Below are positions 7,904-18,248 of a stretch of 61,340 bases of DNA, one piece after another. Origin of the DNA: an uncultured Candidatus Saccharibacteria bacterium (lineage in GTDB: Bacteria > Patescibacteriota > UBA1384 > XYA2-FULL-43-10 > 1-14-0-10-43-13). The notes below the pieces were generated by a model that had not been told where the DNA came from, did no database searches, and worked only from the letters and a program-made list of their open reading frames with translations. Where the stretch lies: positions 1-61,340 of the forward strand of contig CAZVMH010000006.1 of NCBI GenBank assembly GCA_964628585.1. Reading direction: 5' to 3'. A program made the position numbers and the translations under genes. The first letter of the stretch is position 1. Each line of letters opens with the position of its first letter.

Positions 7904-8058
7904 CTTTTATCTTTTGGAATCGGTTTGTAAACTAGTTTGAAAAATTGAAGCCAATTTAAAGCCATGCTTTCTGCTTCTTCATAACTTGGTTTTATGCCTC
8001 GCTTTTTCTCAATAAGGGCTTGAAAATCCTCTACGGCTTTTTTAGATAATTCAGTCAT
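7900..8058 (-). CDS. 52-aa hypothetical protein missing from the ORF track
   Basis: MTELSKKAVEDFQALIEKKRGIKPSYEEAESMALNWLQFFKLVYKPIPKDKS; starts 3 nt after the DUF2971 stop. Confidence 0.65.
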   Translation of the reverse strand: MTELSKKAVEDFQALIEKKRGIKPSYEEAESMALNWLQFFKLVYKPIPKDKS

Positions 8059-8061
8059 ATT

Positions 8062-8805
8062 TTAATATATAGGTGGGTGATGGGCTTTTAATATTGAATC
8101 CTTGAATTTGTTTACCATTTTGTATCGTGTAAGCAATTCTCTTACTTTCTGATTGAAATGTTTATCAGAAAATGGAGAAATAATCACTTCATCAATTAAA
8201 TTATTGGTATCTATTGGTATGTTAATGCCTTTTGGCATCTTAATACTTCCGCTGATAATGCCATCGATATCTATCATTCTTTCTTTAACAATTCGGAATT
8301 CTCTTTCACTGGCGAATTCTTTCCTTTTACAAAAAAATGGAGCAAATGCATTACCTTCACTAACTAGATCTTGTTGATAATCAATATAATGAATTGGCCC
8401 TAAAAGAAAAGAAGATTCCTCATCTAATATGTAATTCTTAATCTTCGAAATTGTTGTCGTAATAGCAATAGCCTTCCCTTTATCAACGTATGATTGCCAC
8501 ATGTGAATATTTTCATCATTATTTACATGCCAACATGAAATGTATGTGCATTTCTTTAAATTGAAGTTTATTTTTGGCATTGTGTTTTCTATCCAACCAG
8601 TAGCCTCTTCTCCGTAAAATGTTTTACGAAATTCCTTTGCTTTAGCAGTATAAGACCCTTCATGTTGATCGTCGAATAAATCGCTTCTGCAAAAATAAAG
8701 CGCGTTATCCCTGATAAGGAATTCTAGCTTTTCTAGCGATATATAGCGCCATAATTTCTTATCGATATTATCTGGTATTTTAAAATGAAGGTGTTGTTTT
8801 ATCAT
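8062..8805 (-). CDS. DUF2971-like protein
   Basis: LWRYISLEK...LYF, YISCWH...MWQSY, KRKEFASEREFRI. Confidence 0.7.
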   Translation of the reverse strand: MIKQHLHFKIPDNIDKKLWRYISLEKLEFLIRDNALYFCRSDLFDDQHEGSYTAKAKEFRKTFYGEEATGWIENTMPKINFNLKKCTYISCWHVNNDENIHMWQSYVDKGKAIAITTTISKIKNYILDEESSFLLGPIHYIDYQQDLVSEGNAFAPFFCKRKEFASEREFRIVKERMIDIDGIISGSIKMPKGINIPIDTNNLIDEVIISPFSDKHFNQKVRELLTRYKMVNKFKDSILKAHHPPIY

Positions 8806-8831
8806 AATCGAATCTACCAGGTAGGGCTCGG

Positions 8832-9056
8832 TTAGTATTCTTTATCAACCAGACGTTCATACTGAGACATAGAAAAATATTTAGCGCACTCTTGATTATT
8901 ACATTTGGCAAATTGGCCGGATTCCCTTGCTCCCTGCAAGCTGGAAATGAATCCGGTTTTAGTAACGATCTCTCCGCATTTGTCACAAGACTTGTACTTC
9001 ATGGCAATAGTTATCTTAGCAGTAAAGCTAGAACCAATTCCAGAGGCATAATTCAA
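8832..9056 (-). CDS. Small putative zinc-finger protein
   Basis: CDKC and CNNQEC; overlaps the upstream gene stop; start uncertain. Confidence 0.55.
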   Translation of the reverse strand: MNYASGIGSSFTAKITIAMKYKSCDKCGEIVTKTGFISSLQGARESGQFAKCNNQECAKYFSMSQYERLVDKEY

Positions 9057-10051
9057 GAAAACAGCTTTATCTTACTTGTGTCTAGTTTTTGCCAATCTTG
9101 GGCATAATTAAAGATCTCTTCATCTGAATATTTGTGTTGCTTTTTAATATGCTTAGAGATTTTGTGCTTGGGAAACCTTCTCTGAAATTCCAGCGCCGCT
9201 AAATGATAATACTCGGAAGAATCAGATACCCAGCCGAATTTTTCAGCAATCTCTAATGGGACTCCAGGGAAGACAGCAAGTTGTTCCGTGGCCTCGCCTT
9301 TTTTAACGCCTTCTCTTGAAACATTAACATTTGCAAGTCCAACTTCTTCATCTGTAAAATCGGGCCGAGGCTGGCTAACGAAAGCGAAATTACTGAACAT
9401 TCGCTCAAGTTGCACTTCAGCATCCCGTAACCAATTCAAGAAGATTTTAATGAAAGCTTTATGCTCTTTGCCCTCAATGATTTCTTCATAATAATAATCA
9501 ATTTTTTTCTGCGGCAAAATATTGTTTGGGTCTTGCTTAATTTCCGCTTTGCCAATAGATCCAATAATTGTCCAGGCCTCCTGTGGAAGATCCCTGGCAG
9601 TCTTGATTTTGCCTTCTTCAATTCTCTCCTCCAAATACTTATGTGCTTTATCACGAAAGTCCTTCGGTGTTTTCCCGTACATAACCAAAAATTCAACTGG
9701 AGCCGTCAGGTGTTCTTTGTCAGAGAAAGCAAGGCCGGGACTAGAAAATGCTTTGTAAAAATTAAATGTTTTTGTGATGATAATATTTTTGGTTGATTCT
9801 TTTTTAATCAAATAATATGCCAGATAATAAAGAAGCGGGAATAATCCCATCCAGTAATATGATTCTTCGTTGAAGATTAAAAACTCTCCTCCCGCAAACA
9901 TTAAAATGGCGCAAGAAAGAAGAAAATATTTTCTTTTCTTGCTGTTAAAAAAAGAGGGACGGTTTAAATCATCCTCATTTGCTTTCATATTATAGTATGT
10001 AAAAAGAAGTAAGGATACTAAGACTAAAAATGTTCCGGGAATAACAAGCAT
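9053..10051 (-). CDS. Hypothetical membrane-anchored protein
   Basis: Three N-terminal TM segments and a soluble C-terminal region; tightly packed in the operon. Confidence 0.7.
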   Translation of the reverse strand: MLVIPGTFLVLVSLLLFTYYNMKANEDDLNRPSFFNSKKRKYFLLSCAILMFAGGEFLIFNEESYYWMGLFPLLYYLAYYLIKKESTKNIIITKTFNFYKAFSSPGLAFSDKEHLTAPVEFLVMYGKTPKDFRDKAHKYLEERIEEGKIKTARDLPQEAWTIIGSIGKAEIKQDPNNILPQKKIDYYYEEIIEGKEHKAFIKIFLNWLRDAEVQLERMFSNFAFVSQPRPDFTDEEVGLANVNVSREGVKKGEATEQLAVFPGVPLEIAEKFGWVSDSSEYYHLAALEFQRRFPKHKISKHIKKQHKYSDEEIFNYAQDWQKLDTSKIKLFS

Positions 10052-10060
10052 AGCAAATCT

Positions 10061-10819
10061 CTATAAACTTATAACTTTTTTTACTGCGTTAATATAAGAA
10101 CAATAATCGCAATCTGGATTAGCTGATGGAATAGAACTAGAATCAAGGCAATTCTTCGCATCTTTTATAGTTTTCTCAATCCAGCTGTCGTTTCCCTTGT
10201 AAGGAATTAGGGTAAGATCGAATTCCAGCTTTGCGTCAAATACTTCTCTGTCTGTACAACCGTTGCAGTAAACAAAATAACCAGTATCAGATACTTTAAG
10301 GCCGTTCTGCCGCAGAAGCCACTGGTATATCTCCATTTGCCTCTTGTAGCCGTCCTGCCACTCTTTATTTAGCTCCGTGATTTCCTCATCCTTGCTGGTT
10401 GATTTATAATCCACAACAATATATTCGCCTTTCTCATTGATCCAAAGGTCATCTATCGCACCGGTAATCAAAAGATTGGTCGGCTTATGTAAGAACTGCA
10501 CGCCCTTAAAATTCTCCCGCCAGATATCCAGCTCCGCATGCTCCACCGGACGGGCATCAACGTCATATTTTTCAATTAATGGATGCTTCTCGCCCTTAGC
10601 TCGGTGAATATCAAACTCTTTCTTTAGAAGGCAATCAACTGCGCTATTCAAAGCAAACGGAAACCCAGGCGGTCGCCCTACTCCGAGCCGGCGGTCTAGA
10701 TAGAAACATCTGGGGCAATCGGTAAATAGCTCCAACTTCGACCGGCTTAGCTTAAACGCTTCGGCAGAGTTAGGGTTGTATAAATTTTTAGTTCTTTGGG
10801 AATTGTAGTATTCAGACAT
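10061..10819 (-). CDS. PD-(D/E)XK (RecB-like) nuclease family protein
   Basis: LSRSKL...DCPRCFY, GAIDDL...IVVDYKST, QMEIYQWLL, CDYC. Confidence 0.85.
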   Translation of the reverse strand: MSEYYNSQRTKNLYNPNSAEAFKLSRSKLELFTDCPRCFYLDRRLGVGRPPGFPFALNSAVDCLLKKEFDIHRAKGEKHPLIEKYDVDARPVEHAELDIWRENFKGVQFLHKPTNLLITGAIDDLWINEKGEYIVVDYKSTSKDEEITELNKEWQDGYKRQMEIYQWLLRQNGLKVSDTGYFVYCNGCTDREVFDAKLEFDLTLIPYKGNDSWIEKTIKDAKNCLDSSSIPSANPDCDYCSYINAVKKVISL

Positions 10820-10821
10820 AT

Positions 10822-11376
10822 TTATTCTTTCTTTTTTACTTCTTCTCTCTTAAGGCATTTAATTTTATCGGTGTTGAGCCCGCTTCCAGGGTTTAACTCA
10901 AAGAAGTAATATGGATCGAGTACATATATATAAAGTATAAGTACAGCGGATCCAATGAACAGACCTTTGTGCCAGCCGAAGATTAGAAGGCCTAATGCAT
11001 AAGCAATCGCATAATCACGAACGCAGTTCTTTCCTTTCCCGCCAATTAGCCAAATTACATCACAAATCAAAGAAAGAGCCCCGCCTAGATAAAACAACGG
11101 CAAGTTATTGACCATGAGCCCCCAAACAAGAAGGATTGCTCCGATCAATTTAACGAGCCGTCTCTTGTTTAACCGTTGAAATAGAAATAAAAGATACTGC
11201 CATTTTGAAAGTGTTAATTCAAAGCTCTTGCCCGGATGTTTTATAGAACTTGAAACTCTAAGGATGTAATGGATAATCTTATCGTTCTTGTCGACATCAT
11301 GGCCAATGACAATAGGCCGATCCATAAGATTGACCATCTTGTTATTAAGCTGAATTTCTTTAAGCCTTTTCATCAT
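10822..11376 (-). CDS. Hypothetical membrane protein
   Basis: Several hydrophobic helices in the C-terminal half; 2-3 nt gaps to both neighbours. Confidence 0.65.
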   Translation of the reverse strand: MMKRLKEIQLNNKMVNLMDRPIVIGHDVDKNDKIIHYILRVSSSIKHPGKSFELTLSKWQYLLFLFQRLNKRRLVKLIGAILLVWGLMVNNLPLFYLGGALSLICDVIWLIGGKGKNCVRDYAIAYALGLLIFGWHKGLFIGSAVLILYIYVLDPYYFFELNPGSGLNTDKIKCLKREEVKKKE

Positions 11377-11379
11377 GTT

Positions 11380-14300
11380 TTATTCCTTGCCCACCCAATC
11401 TTTGCAGACTGTCTCGGCCTGCAATAGCACCAATTGAGTTGCACCTTCCTGCTTGTCTGGCGGATAGTTATATTTTTTTAACAATTTTTTAATATAGATC
11501 CTCATTTTGGCTTTGATATTATCACGTAATGTCCAATCCACTGTGGCATTCTGGCGCATTAGTTGGACTAGCTCTTTAGCAATTTTCTTCAAAGTCTCAT
11601 CGCCAATCTCAAGTTTTGCACTTTCGTTCTCAGCTAAAGCATCATAAAAAGCAATCTCATCATCAGCAAGACCCGTATCTTTGCCTCTTTCAACTTCTCC
11701 CTTTATTTCCTTGGCCAAATCAATCAAGTCAGCAATCACTTGAGCGGCTTCAATTGTTCGGTTTTGATAAGCTTTTATCGTCTTCTCCAGCATTTCAGCA
11801 AAAGAACGCCCCTTGATCATATTCTTTCGCATAAAAGATTTGATTTCATCATTTAAGAGTTTCTTCAAAATCTCAAGGGCTACATTCTTTCTGCCAAGTC
11901 CACGCACTTCTTCCAAAAATTCATCGGACAAGATCGCAACATCGGGCTTGTCCAGTCCGGCTGCCTTAAAAACATCAATAATTTCATCGGAAGCTATCGA
12001 ATCAGATACTATTTGTTTTATTGCTAAGTCGTAATCATCTTCGGTCGGCCCACTAACTGGAGAGATTTTTCTCACATATGCTTTCAACGCTTGAAAAAAG
12101 CCAACATGGTCTTTAATTACCAAAGCTTTTTCGTTCGGCACAGATAATGCGAAAGCTTTTGATAATTCCGTGACCGCCTTATTAAATCTTTTCTTGGCTT
12201 CTTCGTCGTCTGGATCAAGGGTTAAAACAAATTCCATGGCGTCACCGAAGAAGCTGGTTTTTGCTGAGGGGCTCATCTTAAAATATTTTTCATATCCGAA
12301 GTCATGAAACATTCCCTGCATTACTTCAAACTTCTCAAGCATTATTGAAACGGCCTGTTCCTGGTCAATTGCTGTATTTTCCTGATCATTTTGCGAATAC
12401 TCCGCCAATGCCTCTTTCAATTGTGGTGCAATGCCTAAATAGTCAACAATTAATCCGCCCGGCTTGTTTTTGTAGACTCTATTCACTCGAGCAATAGCCT
12501 GCATCAAACCGTGGCCTTTCATAGGCTTGTCGATATACATAGTGTGCAAGCTGGGCACATCAAAACCGGTCAACCACATATCGCGTACAATGACCAACTG
12601 CATTTCATCAGTTGGGTCTTTCATTCGATCAGCCATTTTGCCCAGTTCTTCTTTATTGCGGATATGCTTTTGAAAATTTAATGGATCAGAGGCGGAACCA
12701 GTCATCACTACCTTCAGAAAACCTTTTTTATCCGAATCATTGTGCCATTCTGGTTTGAGCTTGATAATTTCTTCATATAAATCAACTGCAATTCGCCGGC
12801 TCATCACAACAATCATACCCTTGCCATTCATCACATCAAGGCGATTGCCAAAATGTTCCACAATATCTTTGGCGATTTGCTTGATTCTCTTTTCACTTCC
12901 GACCATTGCCTCAAGTCTTGCCCATTTACTCTTTAATTTATTCACTAGTTCTGGTTCCTCATCCTCCATAATTTCATTGAAATCTGAATCAATCTTTGGC
13001 TTTTCTGATTCCAGTAATTGGATTTTAGCCAGTCTTGCTTCGTAGAAAATAGGAACTGTCGCTTTGTCGGCTACTGCTTGGGTAATGTCATAGACATCAA
13101 CATAGTCACCAAAGACTGCTTTAGTATTTTTGTCTGAGAGCTCAATAGGTGTTCCGGTAAAACCGATAAAAGAAGCATTGGGCAGTGATTCGCGCATGCT
13201 TTTAGCATAACCATCAATAAAATCGTACTGGCTACGATGGGCTTCATCGGCAATCACAACGACATTTCGTCGATCAGTCAGAAGCATTTTTTCTAAAAAT
13301 CCTTTTTGCAAAAATTTCTGAATGGTTGTAAATACGACTCCTCCGCTAGCAACTTTCAAAAGCTCGCGTAAATGACGACGGTTTTTTGCTTGAATTGGAG
13401 TTTGCTTTAATAAATCTTTGCATTTAGTGAATGTGTCAGCCAGCTGTTGATCCAAGTCATTTCTATCAGTCAAAACCACTAGCGTTGGATTATTTAAAGC
13501 GTCAATCAACTTGCCGGCGTAAAAAGCCATGGTCAAGCTTTTGCCCGATCCTTGAGTATGCCAAACAACTCCGGCTCGTCTGTCACCATCTTTTGATGTA
13601 GCCTCAATTGTGCTTTCCAGAGCCTTATTTGTTGCGAAGTATTGATGATAGGCTGGAATAATCTTAATAGTCCGTTCCTCACTATCCTTTTTTGTTGTAT
13701 TAAAAACAATAAAATTGCAAACGATATCAAGAAATCTCTTTTTATCAAATACCCCTTTTATTAAGGTTTCCAATTGCGGAATTAAATCAGATGCTAACTC
13801 ATTTCCTTCAATACTTCTCCAACGCATGAAACGATCTGTGTCAGAAGTAATAGAGCCAACTTTCGCCTCCGAGCCATCGGAAATTATCGCCAGCTCATTA
13901 AAGACAAACAATGAGGGAATATCTTGCTTATATGTTTGAATTTGATTAAAAGCTTCTTTGATCCCAACATTTTCATCTGCCAAATTTTTTAACTCAAAAA
14001 CTGCTAATGGCAAACCATTTACAAATATAACAACATCGGGACGGCGATTTGAATTCTCAACAACCGTAAACTGATTCAGCCAGACCCAATCATTGTTCTC
14101 AATAGTTTTTCGGTCAATCAACCAAACTTTATCGCCAGCAATCGAACCACCTTTTCTTTGATATTCAACATCTATCCCGTTGACTAAATATCTATGAAAA
14201 ATCTGATTATTGGAGACCAAAAGCGATGTGGCATTAGCCACATTTACTACTTTTTTGAAGGCTTCGTCCAAAGCATCGGCTGGAATATTAGGATTTATTC

Positions 14301-14466
14301 GCCCGATAGCATCTCGAAGCCGCCCTTCCAAAACGACTTGAGAAAAATCCTTCCGTTCCGGCTTTTCACTTTCAGGCTCAATGTCCGGTCCGTAGATGGT
14401 TGGATAGCCAAGTTCCTCAAACCATTCTCTTGTTGCTTCTTCTAGTGATGATTCGGTGTATTTCAT
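11380..14466 (-). CDS. hsdR: Type I restriction enzyme R subunit
   Basis: [18 protein letters not shown] nuclease motif, [37 protein letters not shown]; ATG at 14466 after AAGGAAG (track start 14505). Confidence 0.96.
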   Translation of the reverse strand: MKYTESSLEEATREWFEELGYPTIYGPDIEPESEKPERKDFSQVVLEGRLRDAIGRINPNIPADALDEAFKKVVNVANATSLLVSNNQIFHRYLVNGIDVEYQRKGGSIAGDKVWLIDRKTIENNDWVWLNQFTVVENSNRRPDVVIFVNGLPLAVFELKNLADENVGIKEAFNQIQTYKQDIPSLFVFNELAIISDGSEAKVGSITSDTDRFMRWRSIEGNELASDLIPQLETLIKGVFDKKRFLDIVCNFIVFNTTKKDSEERTIKIIPAYHQYFATNKALESTIEATSKDGDRRAGVVWHTQGSGKSLTMAFYAGKLIDALNNPTLVVLTDRNDLDQQLADTFTKCKDLLKQTPIQAKNRRHLRELLKVASGGVVFTTIQKFLQKGFLEKMLLTDRRNVVVIADEAHRSQYDFIDGYAKSMRESLPNASFIGFTGTPIELSDKNTKAVFGDYVDVYDITQAVADKATVPIFYEARLAKIQLLESEKPKIDSDFNEIMEDEEPELVNKLKSKWARLEAMVGSEKRIKQIAKDIVEHFGNRLDVMNGKGMIVVMSRRIAVDLYEEIIKLKPEWHNDSDKKGFLKVVMTGSASDPLNFQKHIRNKEELGKMADRMKDPTDEMQLVIVRDMWLTGFDVPSLHTMYIDKPMKGHGLMQAIARVNRVYKNKPGGLIVDYLGIAPQLKEALAEYSQNDQENTAIDQEQAVSIMLEKFEVMQGMFHDFGYEKYFKMSPSAKTSFFGDAMEFVLTLDPDDEEAKKRFNKAVTELSKAFALSVPNEKALVIKDHVGFFQALKAYVRKISPVSGPTEDDYDLAIKQIVSDSIASDEIIDVFKAAGLDKPDVAILSDEFLEEVRGLGRKNVALEILKKLLNDEIKSFMRKNMIKGRSFAEMLEKTIKAYQNRTIEAAQVIADLIDLAKEIKGEVERGKDTGLADDEIAFYDALAENESAKLEIGDETLKKIAKELVQLMRQNATVDWTLRDNIKAKMRIYIKKLLKKYNYPPDKQEGATQLVLLQAETVCKDWVGKE

Positions 14467-14476
14467 ATTACTTCCT

Positions 14477-16051
14477 TTATTCATATTTATCTGCCATGTC
14501 CTCAACAGTAAAATTTTCTATTTTAATCTTCTCATAAGGCCAAAAATACATGACGCTTTTTAAATCCTTTAAAAACTTAATAAAAAATTCGGGCCAGATT
14601 TCTTTCTGGCATTCATTGTAAAAGTCGTTCCTAGAAGCTAGCCCTAATTCCTGCAACGAGATAGCAAGATTTTTTTTCAGCTCATCGTTTGATTCTTCGT
14701 AAAAAAAATCTTTGACAATCTCTCTTCGAGTATTATTTCCATATTTACCCAAAAGCAGCGCGTAAAGAGATCTTATGGCCCAATGATTATTTCTGTCTTT
14801 AAAACGATCTACAAAGAGATCTAAACTTTCCTCATTAAAAGAATTGGCGGTTTCCAATAGACCTCTTAATACATGCAATTCCTGCCATTCATAGATTCTA
14901 TCATCTGCCTTGATGTAGTTTATAAAAAACTCCCTTACTTTGCTTTCTGGAAATTGAACCAAGAACTCGCAAAATATTTGTCCAAGATGAGGCTTATTGT
15001 GAAACTCTTCCATTATTTTGTTAACTATTGTACTGCAATCAATATCAATTCCGCTATTTTTAATTATTGAGAGTCTAAAAAGCGCAAATTTGATGTGCCT
15101 ATCTCCAAACCTGTTGTTTTTATCAAAAGCATTTACAAATAAATTTTTTAGAACAGGCACTATCGTTTTTATTTTAGTTTTATTCCTTGTATCAATAATA
15201 TTCTGTATGATGTTTAGAATTTCTCTATTGTCGTCGAACAACGACATTACTTCCTGTTGTTTTAATATTCTGGTTTTTTTAGCATTAATATTTAATTTAT
15301 ATTTCCGAAGTTCTTTAATTAATTTTATTAAGGATATTTTTGCTTCAATCTCTGTTTTGCAAAAGATGTGGATGTCGTCCATGTAACGAATATACCCCTC
15401 TATGTGCTCCATTGACTGGTCAACATTGTCTAAGTACAAATCGCCAAGGTAACTTGATGCTTGCGGCCCTTGAGGCAAACCAAAGTTTTTGAGCCTGCCA
15501 GCACTCCATTTATACAAGATCTTATTAAAGAGCAAATCTATCGAGGCTTTAAGCTTTTCATCATCGGGAATATGGTTATATATTTTCGAACGTAATTCTA
15601 TTAGGTTGATGTTCTCAAAATACCCAGAAATATCTGTCGTTACACAAAATACAAATCCTTTCTTGAAAAGAGTTGAAGAATCTTCATCGAATTGTTTCCA
15701 AGCATTAATTTTGCTCGATTTATTTTTAAAATTCCGGACACTGTAGCTTCTATTACTTAACTTGTCTATCGTATTTTTCATTATTTCATCAGTAATAAAT
15801 TGATAAATTACCCAATCCCGCACTTCGGGTCTGGCCATGGGCCTGATTGTAAAATTTTCTTTTGGCACATCTATTCTGTAGAGCTCCTTCGCTACATATT
15901 CACTGTCTGCGATCATCTTTATAATTTCCTCTGCATTACTGTCTTTCTTGGAATGCAGATAAGAAAATCTTAGTGGATCTGGAATAGGATTGTTCCCGCG
16001 TTGGTCTTCCTTTAATATCTTTAAAATGGATTCTTCTATATTTCTTTTCAC
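14477..16051 (-). CDS. Reverse transcriptase, UG/Abi (DRT)-like, with alpha-helical C-terminal region
   Basis: [45 protein letters not shown], then about 230 aa of helical repeat-like sequence. Confidence 0.88.
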   Translation of the reverse strand: MKRNIEESILKILKEDQRGNNPIPDPLRFSYLHSKKDSNAEEIIKMIADSEYVAKELYRIDVPKENFTIRPMARPEVRDWVIYQFITDEIMKNTIDKLSNRSYSVRNFKNKSSKINAWKQFDEDSSTLFKKGFVFCVTTDISGYFENINLIELRSKIYNHIPDDEKLKASIDLLFNKILYKWSAGRLKNFGLPQGPQASSYLGDLYLDNVDQSMEHIEGYIRYMDDIHIFCKTEIEAKISLIKLIKELRKYKLNINAKKTRILKQQEVMSLFDDNREILNIIQNIIDTRNKTKIKTIVPVLKNLFVNAFDKNNRFGDRHIKFALFRLSIIKNSGIDIDCSTIVNKIMEEFHNKPHLGQIFCEFLVQFPESKVREFFINYIKADDRIYEWQELHVLRGLLETANSFNEESLDLFVDRFKDRNNHWAIRSLYALLLGKYGNNTRREIVKDFFYEESNDELKKNLAISLQELGLASRNDFYNECQKEIWPEFFIKFLKDLKSVMYFWPYEKIKIENFTVEDMADKYE

Positions 16052-17298
16052 TTCACCCTCAACTTTCCGCTCATTAATCTTGGTAAAAGAGAATCGCGGA
16101 TTTGCGATAAGATTTCGATTTCTTGCATATTGAAGACAACTTTTTTAACTAGTAAATTTGCAGTTATACCAAAAGACAATAAAGCATCGCTGCTTGGGAT
16201 ATTCAGCTCTATGTTTGCGGTTTCAATAGGACTTAGGTTTTGCTGTGCAGTACCCTTGGATATCGATATTAAATAGTTTTGAAATTCTCTATTTCTGAAC
16301 AAAAAATATGTAAACCCATAATTTCTTGTGTCCACAGGCGAAAGTTTTGCAACGCGCTGGTTTAGAAGATACTTATCGTGTCCGAAGACAAGGCAGCTCC
16401 TCCCTACATTTCCGGTTAATGATAAAATAATATCGCCAACTTTCAAGTGAGCATAGTCAGGCACTTTAGCAAGTATATTGGTTATTCTATTAGCACAGAT
16501 TGAACTGAAATTACCATCCTGGACATTTTTGATGGTAACCAGCCCGTAAATACCTTTGTCGTCAAAACAGGCGCTTGAGAACGAGAATCCGGAGAGAACT
16601 TTTATTAAGTCACCAAGCCGAGTATTGCCCGCAGTTAGAATCTCACCAAAAGTATTATTAAAATAAACTTGACCAAGGGATTCGAGGGTTTTAATCATTT
16701 TCTGATTCAATTCAATTTTTTCATCCAGTGTCCCTAATATCTTTGCAATTTGTAGCTGTTCCTGTATTGGTGGAAAAGCAAACTCCAATGATTTTATTTG
16801 ATCCGGGCTGATATTGGCTTGGTTGCCGCTTCCTTTTGCGCTAGATACCAACAAAAATTTAACTTCATCAGAAATTAAAAGATAATATAGGAAATCCTTA
16901 CATAATCTAGTTTTATCTTTTACCTCGAACTTACCGACCCTCTGGTTAAGTAGGGCAATTCGCTCTCTGTTTCTTAGCCGCCCTATCTTTCCTACGGCCG
17001 ACTGATACTGATTAAAATTAGACCCAGTTAAGGAAATTAAAATGTCATTATATCGAACCTCATAACCGCCGAGCTTTTCTGACAACATTTTATCTGCATA
17101 CTCTACTTCAGTTAAATCAACAACTGGCGGGATAATATTTTTTATTTTAATTATCGGCACTCCGCTACTGACAAATTCATTGCTCTTAAAAGCATAGCCC
17201 GATTTAATGTCAGCAATATCGCTTAACTTTAAAATTTCCCAATCTTCAGGAATTAGACCGAGTTCGGTTTGCTTAAATTGTGTTTGGCTATTTTGCAT
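16048..17298 (-). CDS. hsdS: Type I R-M specificity subunit
   Basis: Two TRDs separated by PPIQEQLQIAKILGTLDEKIELNQKMIKTLE; ends RDSLLPRLMSG. Confidence 0.93.
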   Translation of the reverse strand: MQNSQTQFKQTELGLIPEDWEILKLSDIADIKSGYAFKSNEFVSSGVPIIKIKNIIPPVVDLTEVEYADKMLSEKLGGYEVRYNDILISLTGSNFNQYQSAVGKIGRLRNRERIALLNQRVGKFEVKDKTRLCKDFLYYLLISDEVKFLLVSSAKGSGNQANISPDQIKSLEFAFPPIQEQLQIAKILGTLDEKIELNQKMIKTLESLGQVYFNNTFGEILTAGNTRLGDLIKVLSGFSFSSACFDDKGIYGLVTIKNVQDGNFSSICANRITNILAKVPDYAHLKVGDIILSLTGNVGRSCLVFGHDKYLLNQRVAKLSPVDTRNYGFTYFLFRNREFQNYLISISKGTAQQNLSPIETANIELNIPSSDALLSFGITANLLVKKVVFNMQEIEILSQIRDSLLPRLMSGKLRVK

Positions 17299-18046
17299 TG
17301 TTCCTCGTAATTAAATCATATGCCAGACTTGCCAACGAAATGTAATGAATGGCTAAATTTTTATCCATAGGACTTGCTGGAGTGTGAGCCTTTTCGTTTC
17401 TCAGAAATTGAATTGCCATATGTAAAAATTTTACGCCTTCAAAAAAATCCTTCTCGGGTTCATCGGAGGGTTCATGGCCAAAGATAATCTTGATGTTGCC
17501 AGCACAGAATGCATCGGTTGCTCTCTCCTGGCCGGTAATATCTTTTAGTCTTTTTCTAACAATTTTATATGATTCCTCAACTGCATGAAAATAGTTTTCA
17601 TTGGCTAAAAGTTCTTTAACGTGATCAAAAATATCAGCTTGTAGTAATATATTAATGTTTCCGTTTTCGAATGTAGCTTTTGACTTCCCCGCTGTTTTCC
17701 CAGTTGGATCATACAATCTATCTGCTATATCAAGTGCAGCAATTACCCTGTTAGGTGGGAAGTCTTCACTCGGCAAACCATCTATCAATGTTTGAGTCTT
17801 GATATATTCGATAAGGCCAACAATACTCTCAGAAACATCTCTATTTGTGGCTTTTAGCCAGAATCCTCGCATCCTGTTTGCTTTTGACCCAGAAGCATAA
17901 TTGTATTTTGGATTGTAAATGTCTATTTTGAGATCATCTCGAAAATATTCGCCGAAGGTCCTATCTGTAAAGTTCAAAACATAACCGCCACTCATTTGAA
18001 AAAGCTTTTCCAAGATTTGTTTTTCATTAGTTGTTAGATCAGCCAT
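17288..18046 (-). CDS. AbiJ-NTD-like domain fused to TIGR02391/Ymh-type HEPN-like domain
   Basis: N-terminal GGYVLNF...SGSKANRMRGFW; C-terminal YFHAVEES...RNEKAH (R-x4-H). Confidence 0.72.
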   Translation of the reverse strand: MADLTTNEKQILEKLFQMSGGYVLNFTDRTFGEYFRDDLKIDIYNPKYNYASGSKANRMRGFWLKATNRDVSESIVGLIEYIKTQTLIDGLPSEDFPPNRVIAALDIADRLYDPTGKTAGKSKATFENGNINILLQADIFDHVKELLANENYFHAVEESYKIVRKRLKDITGQERATDAFCAGNIKIIFGHEPSDEPEKDFFEGVKFLHMAIQFLRNEKAHTPASPMDKNLAIHYISLASLAYDLITRNNAK

Positions 18047-18160
18047 TTTTCTTCCTTATTTTGCATGATTTTACAAATATTTATCCACAGTTTTATTTAG
18101 TTTTATTTAATTTGATTTGTTTTTGGTTATTTTTGTGATATATTGTTATTGGAATTAATT

Positions 18161-18245
18161 CTGGTCCGAAATGTGGTGTTTATCACCTGCGTTCCCTTCG
18201 GGGATAGGATCGGAATAAATAAATTGGGACTGGGTAACCGGACCC
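18161..18245 (-). ncRNA. Putative structured ncRNA downstream of the DUF3800 gene
   Basis: Closing stem GGTCCGG/TCGGACC enclosing hairpins TCCC-CGAA-GGGA and GGTG-ATAAA-CACC; GC-rich island in AT-rich spacer, 3 nt after the stop codon. Confidence 0.65.
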
Positions 18246-18248
18246 TTT

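Noticed and set aside
10061-10819. Cas4 / CRISPR-Cas locus
   Set aside because: RecB-like nuclease only; I saw no regularly spaced repeat array or other cas gene in the window.
14477-16051. RT as group II intron, retron or DGR
   Set aside because: The gene overlaps or abuts hsdS and hsdR, leaving no flanking intron or msr-msd sequence. I see no retron VTG motif, maturase/endonuclease domain, avd gene or TR/VR repeat pair.
18081-18089. Perfect DnaA box TTATCCACA upstream of the HEPN gene
   Set aside because: A single box with no cluster or unwinding element; not enough to call an origin or DnaA regulation.
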